Assembly (NCBI GenBank): GCA_965198115.1
Contig: OZ240241.1
Location: forward strand, 6,208,001 to 6,272,000
DNA: 64,000 nucleotides
Reading direction: 5' to 3'
From: Candidatus Latescibacterota bacterium
GTDB lineage: Bacteria > Latescibacterota > UBA2968
Numbering within the stretch: position 1 is the first letter of the stretch; each line of letters opens with the position of its first letter. Positions 1 through 8,272 of this stretch are shown here, one piece after another. A program made the translations under genes and the position numbers. The notes under the pieces were generated by a model that had not been told where the DNA came from, searched no databases, and saw only the letters and a program-made list of their open reading frames with translations.

Positions 1-328
1 CTCGCCGACCTGTCCAAGTTCCACACTTCAGCTGAAATTTACGGGGTTCTATGTTCACGATATTGTATCCTTTGTTGTACCGAGCGGAGTCGATGCGGTT
101 GCGCACCTTCTTCTCTTCTGTCAAATTTAGAATTTGGGCCAGCTTGTCAATCTTTGCTCCGTCAGGGTGCTTTTTCAATACGCGGATAATATCCGGCTCT
201 TGGCTTGGCATCTGCATCTGAATCCCTTGGATGAGGTTGAGGGCCAATTGAAAAAGATACACCCCGGCTTGTTCGAGTAGCTGGAATGCCTGAGACGACT
301 TTCGTTCGGATTTCCTGTTCCTTGACAC
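1..328 (-). CDS. Small winged-HTH-like protein, partial (runs off the window); probable IS1595 passenger gene
   Basis: Manually translated open frame from GTG 328 (or ATG 217/211): MPSQEPDIIRVLKKHPDGAKIDKLAQILNLTEEKKVRNRIDSARYNKGYNIVNIEPRKFQLK...; directly downstream of the transposase stop. Confidence 0.5.
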   Translation of the reverse strand, partial: MSRNRKSERKSSQAFQLLEQAGVYLFQLALNLIQGIQMQMPSQEPDIIRVLKKHPDGAKIDKLAQILNLTEEKKVRNRIDSARYNKGYNIVNIEPRKFQLKCGTWTGRR

Positions 329-331
329 ATC

Positions 332-1270
332 TCAGGAAATCAACTCCCGATACCGGAGCCGTTTCCCAACCAGCCCGGCGGCTGTGGCGATCATCTGGTC
401 GATGGTGTCGCGGTCGCGGATGTTGTGACGCCCGGCGAACTCGCTGACGTATCGCTGCAAGTGTTTCGGAGACATTCGGTGATAAGTTCCGTGAAATCCC
501 CGCTTCATCATGCTCCAGAAGGATTCCATACCGTTCACGTGCGCCATATCCTTCACGTATTCGCCGATGGAGTGCTTGACACTTTCGTGCTTGGCTACGT
601 GATCGAAATCGGCGTAGGCCACGGCATCGTCGCTGTACATCGTACCGCCCTTCTGGACGTGCTGCCTGGCGAACCCCTGCAAGGTATCGGCCTTGGTATC
701 CGGGACAACCTCGGCGGCGATCTGGCCGGTCTTGCGGTCCTTGGCGCCAGCTACAGCCGTCTTGCCGACGGTGCCCCGACCGGCATTCAGTTTTTTGTCC
801 GGGTGCTTGTTCGATTCTTTTCCGCCGAAGAAAGCCTCGTCTATTTCGACGGCGTTCCCGTTCAGGCTGGTTCCCTTTTCCCAGGTCTGGCGGATGCGGT
901 GCGCCATATGCCAAGCGGACTTCTGGGTCAGACCAACATCCCGGCGCAGCTTCATGCTGGACACACCTTTGAGGTTGGTGTTCATCAGGAAGATAGCGAG
1001 CGCCCATTTCTGGAATCCGATCTTGGAATCGGCCATAACGGTTCCGGTGCGAACGCTGAAATACTTTCGGCAGGAGCGACAGTGGTAAGGCATGGTCGGA
1101 TGCTTTGCGCCCGTCTGAACGTTGTCAGACCCACAGTGCCCGCAGGTTACCCCGTCTGGCCAGCGCACATCCGCAAACCACTTCTCGGCTGTCTTGTCGT
1201 CCGGGAACATCTCGATGATCTTGGGAAGGGTCAAGCCCTTTCGGTGATTTTTTCCGGGTGCGTTTGCCAT
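332..1270 (-). CDS. IS1595-family transposase
   Basis: N-terminal zinc ribbon (CGHC...CRSC), VEIDEAFFGG, MYSDD and HVNGMESFWS motifs. Confidence 0.93.
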   Translation of the reverse strand: MANAPGKNHRKGLTLPKIIEMFPDDKTAEKWFADVRWPDGVTCGHCGSDNVQTGAKHPTMPYHCRSCRKYFSVRTGTVMADSKIGFQKWALAIFLMNTNLKGVSSMKLRRDVGLTQKSAWHMAHRIRQTWEKGTSLNGNAVEIDEAFFGGKESNKHPDKKLNAGRGTVGKTAVAGAKDRKTGQIAAEVVPDTKADTLQGFARQHVQKGGTMYSDDAVAYADFDHVAKHESVKHSIGEYVKDMAHVNGMESFWSMMKRGFHGTYHRMSPKHLQRYVSEFAGRHNIRDRDTIDQMIATAAGLVGKRLRYRELIS

Positions 1271-1368
1271 GATTTTTCCTCTCTCCTGAACTGGATTAAT
1301 TATGGCATAAAGATAGACAGGAGGGGCCGGAAAGTCAAAGGGTTTGTCTACTCACGTATGTAATTCCC

Positions 1369-1603
1369 TTTTTTATGCATAATTCAGGATAGAGACTTCG
1401 ACGACATAAGCTGCGCGCATTTCGATGCCAACCTGGCTATCGAAGAAGTCGACCCCCTGGTTGCGTATGTCGAATCCGGCAAGCGTTTTGATGCCGACGA
1501 ACTCCGGCAATTTCGCGAATACGCCGAAGACTGGCTCGCTCGCGACGGCGTGATCCGTATCCAGAAGGACGCCGGCTACTTTTCCTGCACCAAAAGGTCC
1601 TGA
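1369..1603 (+). pseudogene. 3' fragment of a probable class I SAM methyltransferase, truncated at the IS1595 end
   Basis: Open frame ...FDANLAIEEVDPLVAYVESG...ARDGVIRIQKDAGYFSCTKRS* with no start after the IS boundary. Confidence 0.5.
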
Positions 1604-1989
1604 TCGATTTCGTAGAGAGAGAATGTCCAACCCGACGCACGAGAGAAATCGTCGCAAGTGGAATGCGACAGCCGATCACTGGCGCGAAATGCGCGATGAG
1701 GACGGCCTCTGGAAGCGCATCCCCTCAGAGCCTGAACACGGGTTCGATGGCGGCGCGCTCGAGCTGATTGAGCATCACTACCCTGCGATGGACGGGGTCG
1801 ACACCTGTGTAATCGGCAGCGGCGACAATTACGCTGCGTTCGCTCTCGCCGGTCTCGGTGCGGCCGTCACATCCGTCGACATCTCCGAAGAGCAGCTGAA
1901 CGTTGCACGAGCTCAGCAGCTCGAACTTTCGATGTCATTCGTCCGGGCGGACGCCGCCGACCTTTCGGACCTCCCGGATGCGTCATTCG

Positions 1990-2741
1990 TGTTACGGCTT
2001 ACGATAGATTCCCGCCCAGATTACGCTATTCGCATTCTCACGCACCAAGAACTGACGACCGGAGATAAGGGGGACGAACTCTCTGGGCGTTCCGATGCAG
2101 ACCGTGCCCTTTTCATTTTCCCACACGCACGAGAAATAGGCTCTCGAACCGCGAAAATAGCACGTTTCGACCGATTAGGCTCAAGACGTGGCCAGGCCAG
2201 GTCCCAGCGGGCATAGGGGGGTGCGGAAAACCTGTGGCCGTCCGACCGGAGACCGGTTGAGACGGTTTCTTCTACTAAAACGTCCTAATTTTAGTTCCGG
2301 AGGGCGCATCGCGGCCGTTGTCGACGAAAGGGGGGTTTTTCAGGTGTAGGAAACACTTAAACCAGTGCAAAAACAAGAGCTTGCGTCTGTCGACAAGGTG
2401 GTTTTGAAGCTGCTTCCCGAAAATGGCGAAGCGGGGTAGAAATCGGCCGTTTCCCTGGCGGTGTTGCCGATGGCGGACCCGTCGGAGGTCGAGAGCGTTT
2501 CGCGTCCCGATCCCCCGGAATGTGCCAAACGCGTTCGCGTAAAGAAAGGGACATCAGGCGTAGGTCCGACAACCGCTTTTGGCAGTTGCGCCTTGTAAGT
2601 ACTCCTATGTCGCATGGCCGCCAGATCTTAGGTGACCCTCAACTCATTAGGGAACGGTCTCCACTGTTAACCGTATTGAAACGATTCTGCCTATTCTGCG
2701 AATAGCTTAAGCTGGGCGGAGAATTATCGCAAGGCGTCACA
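1990..2741. mobile_element. 752-bp non-autonomous element with TGT...ACA ends, ~45-bp imperfect TIRs and a 7-bp TSD
   Basis: TSD TCATTCG at 1983-1989 and 2742-2748; left end TGTTACGGCTTACGATAGATTCCCGCCCAGATTACGCTATTCGCA versus right-end reverse complement TGTGACGCCTTGCGATAATTCTCCGCCCAGCTTAAGCTATTCGCA; no transposase ORF. Confidence 0.88.
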
Positions 2742-3121
2742 TCATTCGATCTGGTCTGCAGCACGAACGGGTTCTACGTCTGGATCCAGGACCTCGTTTC
2801 GGTCCTCGGCGAGATCCAACGCATTCTTCGGGTCGGCGGTCGTTACATCTTCTACGAAGTCCATCCTTTTCAGCGACCGTGGAGCGATGATCCGGGCAAG
2901 CTCGAGGTCGTCAAGCCCTACTCCGATGTCGGCCCGTTCGCCGACGAAGACGACGGATCTGTCAATTTTCACTGGACCCTCGCGCACTTCCTCAATGCCA
3001 TCGCCGAATCTGGCCTCCGAATCGAACACGTGCGGGAAACTCTGCCACCGGAAGCCGAGAAATGGGGTCGATCCTACGTAAACAGGAGGGACGGCAACTG
3101 GGGTGGCGACGATTGGAAAAC

Positions 3122-4495
3122 GAGCTCAGGTCAATAGGTGTGTAAAAGAAATCAGGCGGCCATCTTCCCGGCTTCGACCTGCGGTTCGGTTGAGTGTTTC
3201 TGATCGTAGACTTGTTGTAGCAAGTGTGGCGCGGTGAGTTTCCTGAATCGGCTCTCTGCGACCTTGAGCGTACGCCAGATGAGAGTCGTGGCGTTCCTGA
3301 CTTTCTTGAATCGCCTGGCGGCGTTTGTGCGAAGCCGAACGGAAGCAAAGGGGCTCTCGACGACGTTCGTGGTTCTCAGGTGTTTCCAGTGTTCCTTCGG
3401 GAAGTCGTAGAACGTGACCATCCGATCCCAGTCTCTTTCGAGCGTCTCCACGGCGGCAGGGAACTGTGAGCGATACCGTGCGGCAAAGCGTTTCCGGAGC
3501 TTCTCGGCCTCCTTTTTCGTGCCGGCATAGGGGATCTGGACGAGCAGTGCGCGGGCTTCAGCCTGTGCACGCTTGGCGACCTTGTCGAGCACGTTGAGGA
3601 TCTTGTGGTTCCAGCACCGTTGTTGCCGGCTCTCTGGCCAGACCTGATCAACGGCCGCCCAGATGCCCATATTCCCGTCCGCGGCGATCAGGACAGGATG
3701 TTCGAGCCCGCGATCCCGGAGATCCCGGAGCACCGTGAGCCAGGATTCTGTAGACTCTCGATAACCGGGTTCTATCGCCAGGATCTCCTTGCTGCCGTCG
3801 CTCATCGCGCCGATCACGACCAGCAGACACGCCTTCTCGCGCTCGAGCCCGGCTTTGACGTAGATGCCATCAGCCCAGGCGTAGACCAGTTCGCGATTAT
3901 CCAGACGCCTTTCTTTCCAGTCCTGGAAGTCGACCTCCCACTTCCCTCGAAGACGAGCGATCGAGGTCGGCGAAAGCGGCGCGCCATCACCGAGCAGCGC
4001 ACGCAAAGACAACTCGAAGTCGCCCTGGGAGAGACCGTGGAGATAAAGGTCGGGAAGCAGATCTCCAATGGCCCTGGTTCTCCGGGCGAACAGGGGGAGG
4101 ATGCGGCTTTCAAACCGCTCTTCCAGACCACGAACCCGGGGACGCCGGACCTTGATCGTTCCGCAGCTCGTCGAGAGACGCCGGGGCTTGCCGTAGCCGT
4201 TCCTGTAGCCCCTGGAGCTATCGACCTCGGCTCGGCGCTCATACCACGACCGGCCCAAGAACGCGGTCGCCTCCTCCTCCAGAATGGACTGGAACCGGCC
4301 CTGGATCTCTTCACGGATCCAATCGTCAACCGTCTCCCACGTCGGCATGGACTTCAATGGGGCTCTATGCGTATGTTCCTTCACGGCGATCCTCCTTCCC
4401 AACCGGGCCTCTCACCCGGTTTTGTGTGAATCAACTATCTCACGGGAAGGGTAGGGTCGCCCTTTCTCTTTTTCCACACCTTTTGATTATAGCTC
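3122..4495 (-). mobile_element. IS256-family element, copy 1 (1374 bp)
   Basis: Ends GAGCTCAGGTCAATAGGTGTGT / ACACCTTTTGATTATAGCTC; 9-bp TSD TTGGAA(A/G)AC at 3113-3121 and 4496-4504; near-identical to 37075-38448. Confidence 0.95.
3152..4402 (-). CDS. IS256-family (Mutator-type) transposase
   Basis: YRNGY, WADGIY, IAADG, QRCWNH and LRTTNVVES motifs. Confidence 0.95.
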   Translation of the reverse strand: MGRRIAVKEHTHRAPLKSMPTWETVDDWIREEIQGRFQSILEEEATAFLGRSWYERRAEVDSSRGYRNGYGKPRRLSTSCGTIKVRRPRVRGLEERFESRILPLFARRTRAIGDLLPDLYLHGLSQGDFELSLRALLGDGAPLSPTSIARLRGKWEVDFQDWKERRLDNRELVYAWADGIYVKAGLEREKACLLVVIGAMSDGSKEILAIEPGYRESTESWLTVLRDLRDRGLEHPVLIAADGNMGIWAAVDQVWPESRQQRCWNHKILNVLDKVAKRAQAEARALLVQIPYAGTKKEAEKLRKRFAARYRSQFPAAVETLERDWDRMVTFYDFPKEHWKHLRTTNVVESPFASVRLRTNAARRFKKVRNATTLIWRTLKVAESRFRKLTAPHLLQQVYDQKHSTEPQVEAGKMAA

Positions 4496-4572
4496 TTGGA
4501 AGACCAATCCACACGCAGCACCCCCCGTGTGGTTGACGGTTTCTTCCCAGAAAATTTGACTCCAAAGGGAAT

Positions 4573-4602
4573 TGTGTCGACGTCGACACATTCTGGTAAA
4601 AC
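4573..4602 (+). promoter_or_regulatory. Perfect 18-bp palindrome (operator-like) next to an extended -10-like box
   Basis: TGTGTCGACGTCGACACA 4573-4590; TGGTAAACT 4594-4602. Confidence 0.35.
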
Positions 4603-4877
4603 TCTCAGTCGCCATTGACGGCCAACTTACAGACGTCTTGGCGTCGTGTCAGCATGGAACTCTATAACGATGGTTCAGTTAGCCGCTGGAGACCTTCGCT
4701 CTCGGAAGAGGTGGATTCTGGCGCCGATCGGGACAGGACAAAGGAACCTTCTTGCTGGTTCGCGAATACCCACCGAAGGGCTATGTTTACGAAGTTCAAG
4801 AATGCACAGTATGCGGCAGCGGGAAATCTCCCGTGCTTTGGGCAGGTGATTTCCCTATCTTCTGAGCATCGATGACA

Positions 4878-4964
4878 GACCCGACGTGACTGGCGAATTC
4901 ACGTGGAATCGACCACGGTGGAGCGTCGGGTAAGAAGACCAAGCCATTTGCCGATCGCCTGGGC
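4878..4964 (+). ncRNA. ZMP/ZTP (pfl) riboswitch aptamer
   Basis: P1 CCCGAC/GTCGGG, conserved GACTGGCG, GTGG...CCAC.GTGGAGC, 3' hairpin GCCGATCGCCTGGGC; directly upstream of purH, a typical ZTP-regulated gene. Confidence 0.9.
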
Positions 4965-4998
4965 CCCTTACGACTAGGGTCTGGGCGTTTTTCTTTTT
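4957..4998 (+). terminator. Riboswitch expression-platform intrinsic terminator
   Basis: GCCTGGGCCC...GGGTCTGGGC followed by GTTTTTCTTTTT; overlaps the aptamer 3' hairpin. Confidence 0.75.
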
Positions 4999-5008
4999 GG
5001 GGTAAGAA

Positions 5009-6181
5009 ATGAGTGGAGATGAGCTGTCACTAAAGTACGGGTGTAACCCTCATCAAGAGCCTGCAAGGATCTATCGAAGCAGAGGCGCGCTCCCGTTCAA
5101 GGTTCTTAACGGCAGGCCCGGCTACATCAACTTATTGGACGCACTGAATTCCTGGCAGCTTGTCCGAGAACTAAAATTGGCGACCGGATTCCCTTCTGCC
5201 GCTTCATTCAAACACGTCAGTCCTGCCGGTGCGGCCGTGGGTTTGCCTCTAAGTGAGCCCCTGAAGGACTCCTACTTTGCCCGGGATATCGAGCTTTCCC
5301 CGCTCGCCTGTGCCTACGCACGGGCCAGGGGTGCCGACCGGGTTTCATCCTATGGCGACTGGGTATCTCTCAGCGACCCAGTTGACGTGCCCACTGCGAG
5401 GTTGCTGAGACGTGAATTCTCTTGGGGAGGATCGCACCAGGATATGACCCCAAGGCTCTTGGAATCCTCCGGCACAAATTCTCTGGGAACTACATTGTGC
5501 TGCAAATGGATCTCCACTACGAGCCTGATGATACAGAATCAAGAGAAGTGTTTGGCTTGGTGCTACAGCAACGGCGAAACGATCTGGAGCTTGCATCTCG
5601 AGTGCTTCAACGTGTGGTAACTGAGAACCACGAATTACCACAAACAGCCATGAGGGATATGCTCGTAGCAACCATTGCGTTGAAGTACACCCAGTCGAAT
5701 TCTGTCTGCCTCGCGTGTGACGGCCAGGTCATTGGAATGGGAGCGGGTCAGCAATCCCGAATCCAGTGCACTAGGATCGCGGCGGCGAAAGCGGACTCGT
5801 GGTACTTGCGCCAGCATCCATCAGTTTTGGAACTTCCATTCAGAGAAGGCCTGACCCGTACGGAAAAGGACAATGCGATAGACCAGTATCTGATGGAATC
5901 TAACCGCTGAAGAGGAGCTGGTGTGGAGAAGTGCATTTCGCAAAGCGCCGAAGAGGCTGTCTCCGGTACAGAAGGCAGAGTGGCTTCGAGAGCTTGAGGA
6001 GGTAGTCCTTGGCTCAGATGGTTGTATTCCCTTTAGGGACAACATCGACCGGGCTCGGCGTAGCGGTGTGCAGTATGTTGTGCAACCAGGCGGTTCGATT
6101 GTGGATGACAAAGTCAAACAGACATGCAATGAATACGGAATGGCTATGGTTTTCTCAGGAGTAAGGCTATTCCACCATTGA
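5009..6181 (+). CDS. purH: AICAR transformylase (short PurH lacking the IMP cyclohydrolase domain), two frameshifts (~5420, ~5900)
   Basis: [51 protein letters not shown] spread over three frames. Confidence 0.88.
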
Positions 6182-6386
6182 GCTGGTAGGAGCCGTGGAG
6201 ACATTCTTCAAACCATCCGCGAAGAGAAGGAAGCACCCGTTTCAAGCGTCAATACGATCGAGGCCGGCACCGGGCGTGTGCCAGAACTGGAAACGGTAGG
6301 AACCGATGCTGATTTCGGTCAGGAGATTTTGTGAGGCATATAGCGCTCTCGCCTGGGAGTGAACGCCCGAATTTGTCACTGAGACC

Positions 6387-6415
6387 TTGCCTCCTTCCCC
6401 CACGCTTGCTACCAT
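6387..6415 (+). promoter_or_regulatory. Putative sigma70 promoter
   Basis: TTGCCT-17 bp-TACCAT with TG extension. Confidence 0.4.
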
Positions 6416-6424
6416 CCCTCCCTC

Positions 6425-6595
6425 ATGACGAGCCCCCCGGTCCCTAGTCTCAGCGAGTTGAGAGCAGCTTTGTTCGCCACCGCGCAGCAGGCCGGCGTTC
6501 TCGGAGTTGCGATCGGCGATGACCCGGTCAGACGAGCCATGCGCTACGCGTTCGAGACTTTTGCCAGCCAGGTGGATGTTGTGGGGTCGGAATGA
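6425..6595 (+). CDS. Possible 56-aa hypothetical protein coupled to the next gene
   Basis: MTSPPVPSLSELRAALF...VVGSE*; ATGA overlap with the 6592 start. Confidence 0.3.
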   Translation: MTSPPVPSLSELRAALFATAQQAGVLGVAIGDDPVRRAMRYAFETFASQVDVVGSE

Positions 6596-8238
6596 AATCG
6601 CGTGGCCGCCTGGGGCGCGACTACCGGCTCACGTGGGTCGATGACTCCGGTTGCACAACCGGCACCGTCAACCCGCCGATTACTCCAGCGCGCCTCGCCC
6701 ACGCCCTGTTCGGCGGCCTCGCGGGCACGCCGGTGGACGCCTTCGTCTGCACCGTCGGCCTCAACGCGGGTTACACACTCAGCTACCCCACCGAAGTAGA
6801 CGGCATGGAGTTCATCGTCGACCGGCTCGAAGCGGGTGCAGTGGTCGGCTCGGCGGACCTGTGGCGTCGTGTCGAGAACTTGCGCTCTCTATGGAGCGAC
6901 GGACACGACCCCGTGCGGATCATCCTGGACGAGTCGCATCGGATCGGCGTGGACTTCTGGCTGCAGCTGCGGATGAACGACTGGCACCACGTCGATGTGG
7001 CCGGAGAGATCTTCCGCATCATCGGCAGCCGCTTCTACGAGGAGCATCGGGAGTATCAGATCGGCGCCGAAGGGGTGGCCGGCTGGCCCGAATCCCTGCA
7101 GCAGAGCATGATGTTCTTCCAGGACTTCGCCCACGACGAGGTGCGGCGCATCCGTTTGGAGACGGCGTCCGAGGCGATGACGCGTTATCCTGAGGCGGAC
7201 GGCTGGGAGTATGACTTCATGCGCTGCCCGGGTTACTTCGCCTTCGGCAGGGAGCGCGACAGCGCCCACCTGATCACCGACCTCATCCGGCGCACTCGGG
7301 AAATGCTCGACGACCTCGGTTCGAAGCACGGGAAATCGTATGGCTTGTCGGTGCGCGTTCCCAATACGATAGACGGCACCCTGCGTCTCGGTCTCGATGT
7401 CCCGCAATGGATCGACGACCACCTCGTCGACATCGTCATCCCCTCGACCTTCTTCGTCAACGACACCGAGGAAGATGTCGGGGATTGGGTCGAGCTGGCA
7501 GCCGGGACGCCCGTTCGCATCCATCCCGCTATTGAGGAAGCGTACCGGACCGGTGCGACGCAGGGCCGGGATGTCGCCGCGCACGAGATTCGCGGGTCGA
7601 TCATGCGGCCCCTCACGGTGGAGATGATCCGCGCCATCGCCGCCCGTCATTGGGCAGCGGGTGCCGACGGCCTCTACCTGTTCAACTTCCCTGGCACGCC
7701 TGAAACCTACGGCTACGACAACCGCCCCGCGGTGCACGACATCGGCTCATCTCTGCGTCTCGAATACAAAGACAAATGTTACGTTGTCGGGCGGCGGAAC
7801 GACGCCTTCCCGAACTGCTTTCCCCAGGAGCGGAGTATTCCAGCTGTACTCGGCGAGGAGCCGGTGCGCGCGTCCATTCAAGTGGCCGATGATCTCCAGG
7901 CCGCCGGGGCCCGCGTCGCCAGAGTCCAGCTGCGCCTCCTGATCGAAGAACTCACCCATCTGGACGAGGTGGTCGTGACGATGAACGGCAATCGGCTCAG
8001 GTGTGACGACGAGCTCGAAGCGGGAAGACGAGCTCCGGGTCGAAAGACATGGCTCGTGTATGACCTGACGGCTTCCCCGCCCATCCAGGGCGACAATGTT
8101 GTGGAGATGAATGCTGTGCGTGCGGAGCGCCTGGCGGGGGAGATCCCGCTGGTCGTGAGTGATATCGAGCTGGACGTTTCCTACCGGTATCCCGACGGTC
8201 GCTGGCGTCATCCATCCGGTTTCAACCCGCGCACGTGA
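6592..8238 (+). CDS. Putative TIM-barrel glycoside hydrolase-like protein (GHL10/DUF187-like) with C-terminal beta domain
   Basis: LRMNDWHH, DFAHDEVR, DGWEYDFMR, DGLYLFN motifs; 548 aa. Confidence 0.7.
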   Translation: MKSRGRLGRDYRLTWVDDSGCTTGTVNPPITPARLAHALFGGLAGTPVDAFVCTVGLNAGYTLSYPTEVDGMEFIVDRLEAGAVVGSADLWRRVENLRSLWSDGHDPVRIILDESHRIGVDFWLQLRMNDWHHVDVAGEIFRIIGSRFYEEHREYQIGAEGVAGWPESLQQSMMFFQDFAHDEVRRIRLETASEAMTRYPEADGWEYDFMRCPGYFAFGRERDSAHLITDLIRRTREMLDDLGSKHGKSYGLSVRVPNTIDGTLRLGLDVPQWIDDHLVDIVIPSTFFVNDTEEDVGDWVELAAGTPVRIHPAIEEAYRTGATQGRDVAAHEIRGSIMRPLTVEMIRAIAARHWAAGADGLYLFNFPGTPETYGYDNRPAVHDIGSSLRLEYKDKCYVVGRRNDAFPNCFPQERSIPAVLGEEPVRASIQVADDLQAAGARVARVQLRLLIEELTHLDEVVVTMNGNRLRCDDELEAGRRAPGRKTWLVYDLTASPPIQGDNVVEMNAVRAERLAGEIPLVVSDIELDVSYRYPDGRWRHPSGFNPRT

Positions 8239-8272
8239 TTCTCTGACAGGGAGAAGATCGCCCGTCGCTTTG

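Larger units (their letters stand above)
1..1368 (-). mobile_element. IS1595-family element (other end outside the window)
   Basis: Transposase gene plus candidate terminal IR GGGAATTACATACGTGAGTAGACAAACC (minus strand, 1341-1368). Confidence 0.75.
1623..4559 (+). pseudogene. Class I SAM-dependent methyltransferase interrupted by two insertions
   Basis: 1623-1989 (VIGSGDN, SVDISEEQL, RADAADLSDLPDASF) continues in frame at 2749 (DLVCSTNGFYVWIQDL...YEVHPF...HWTL) and, after IS256, at 4505 (NPHAAPPVWLTVSSQKI*) once the TSDs are removed. Confidence 0.85.

Noticed and set aside
162-1363. Long overlapping ORFs (162-1007, 425-1363) and similar antisense ORFs such as 47245-48531 and 58642-59643
   Set aside because: Shadow frames of well-supported genes, expected in GC-rich DNA, with no recognisable motifs
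1990-2741. Group II intron or Tn7-like element
   Set aside because: Terminal inverted repeats and a TSD argue against an intron; the 7-bp TSD does not fit the 5-bp duplication of Tn7/Mu
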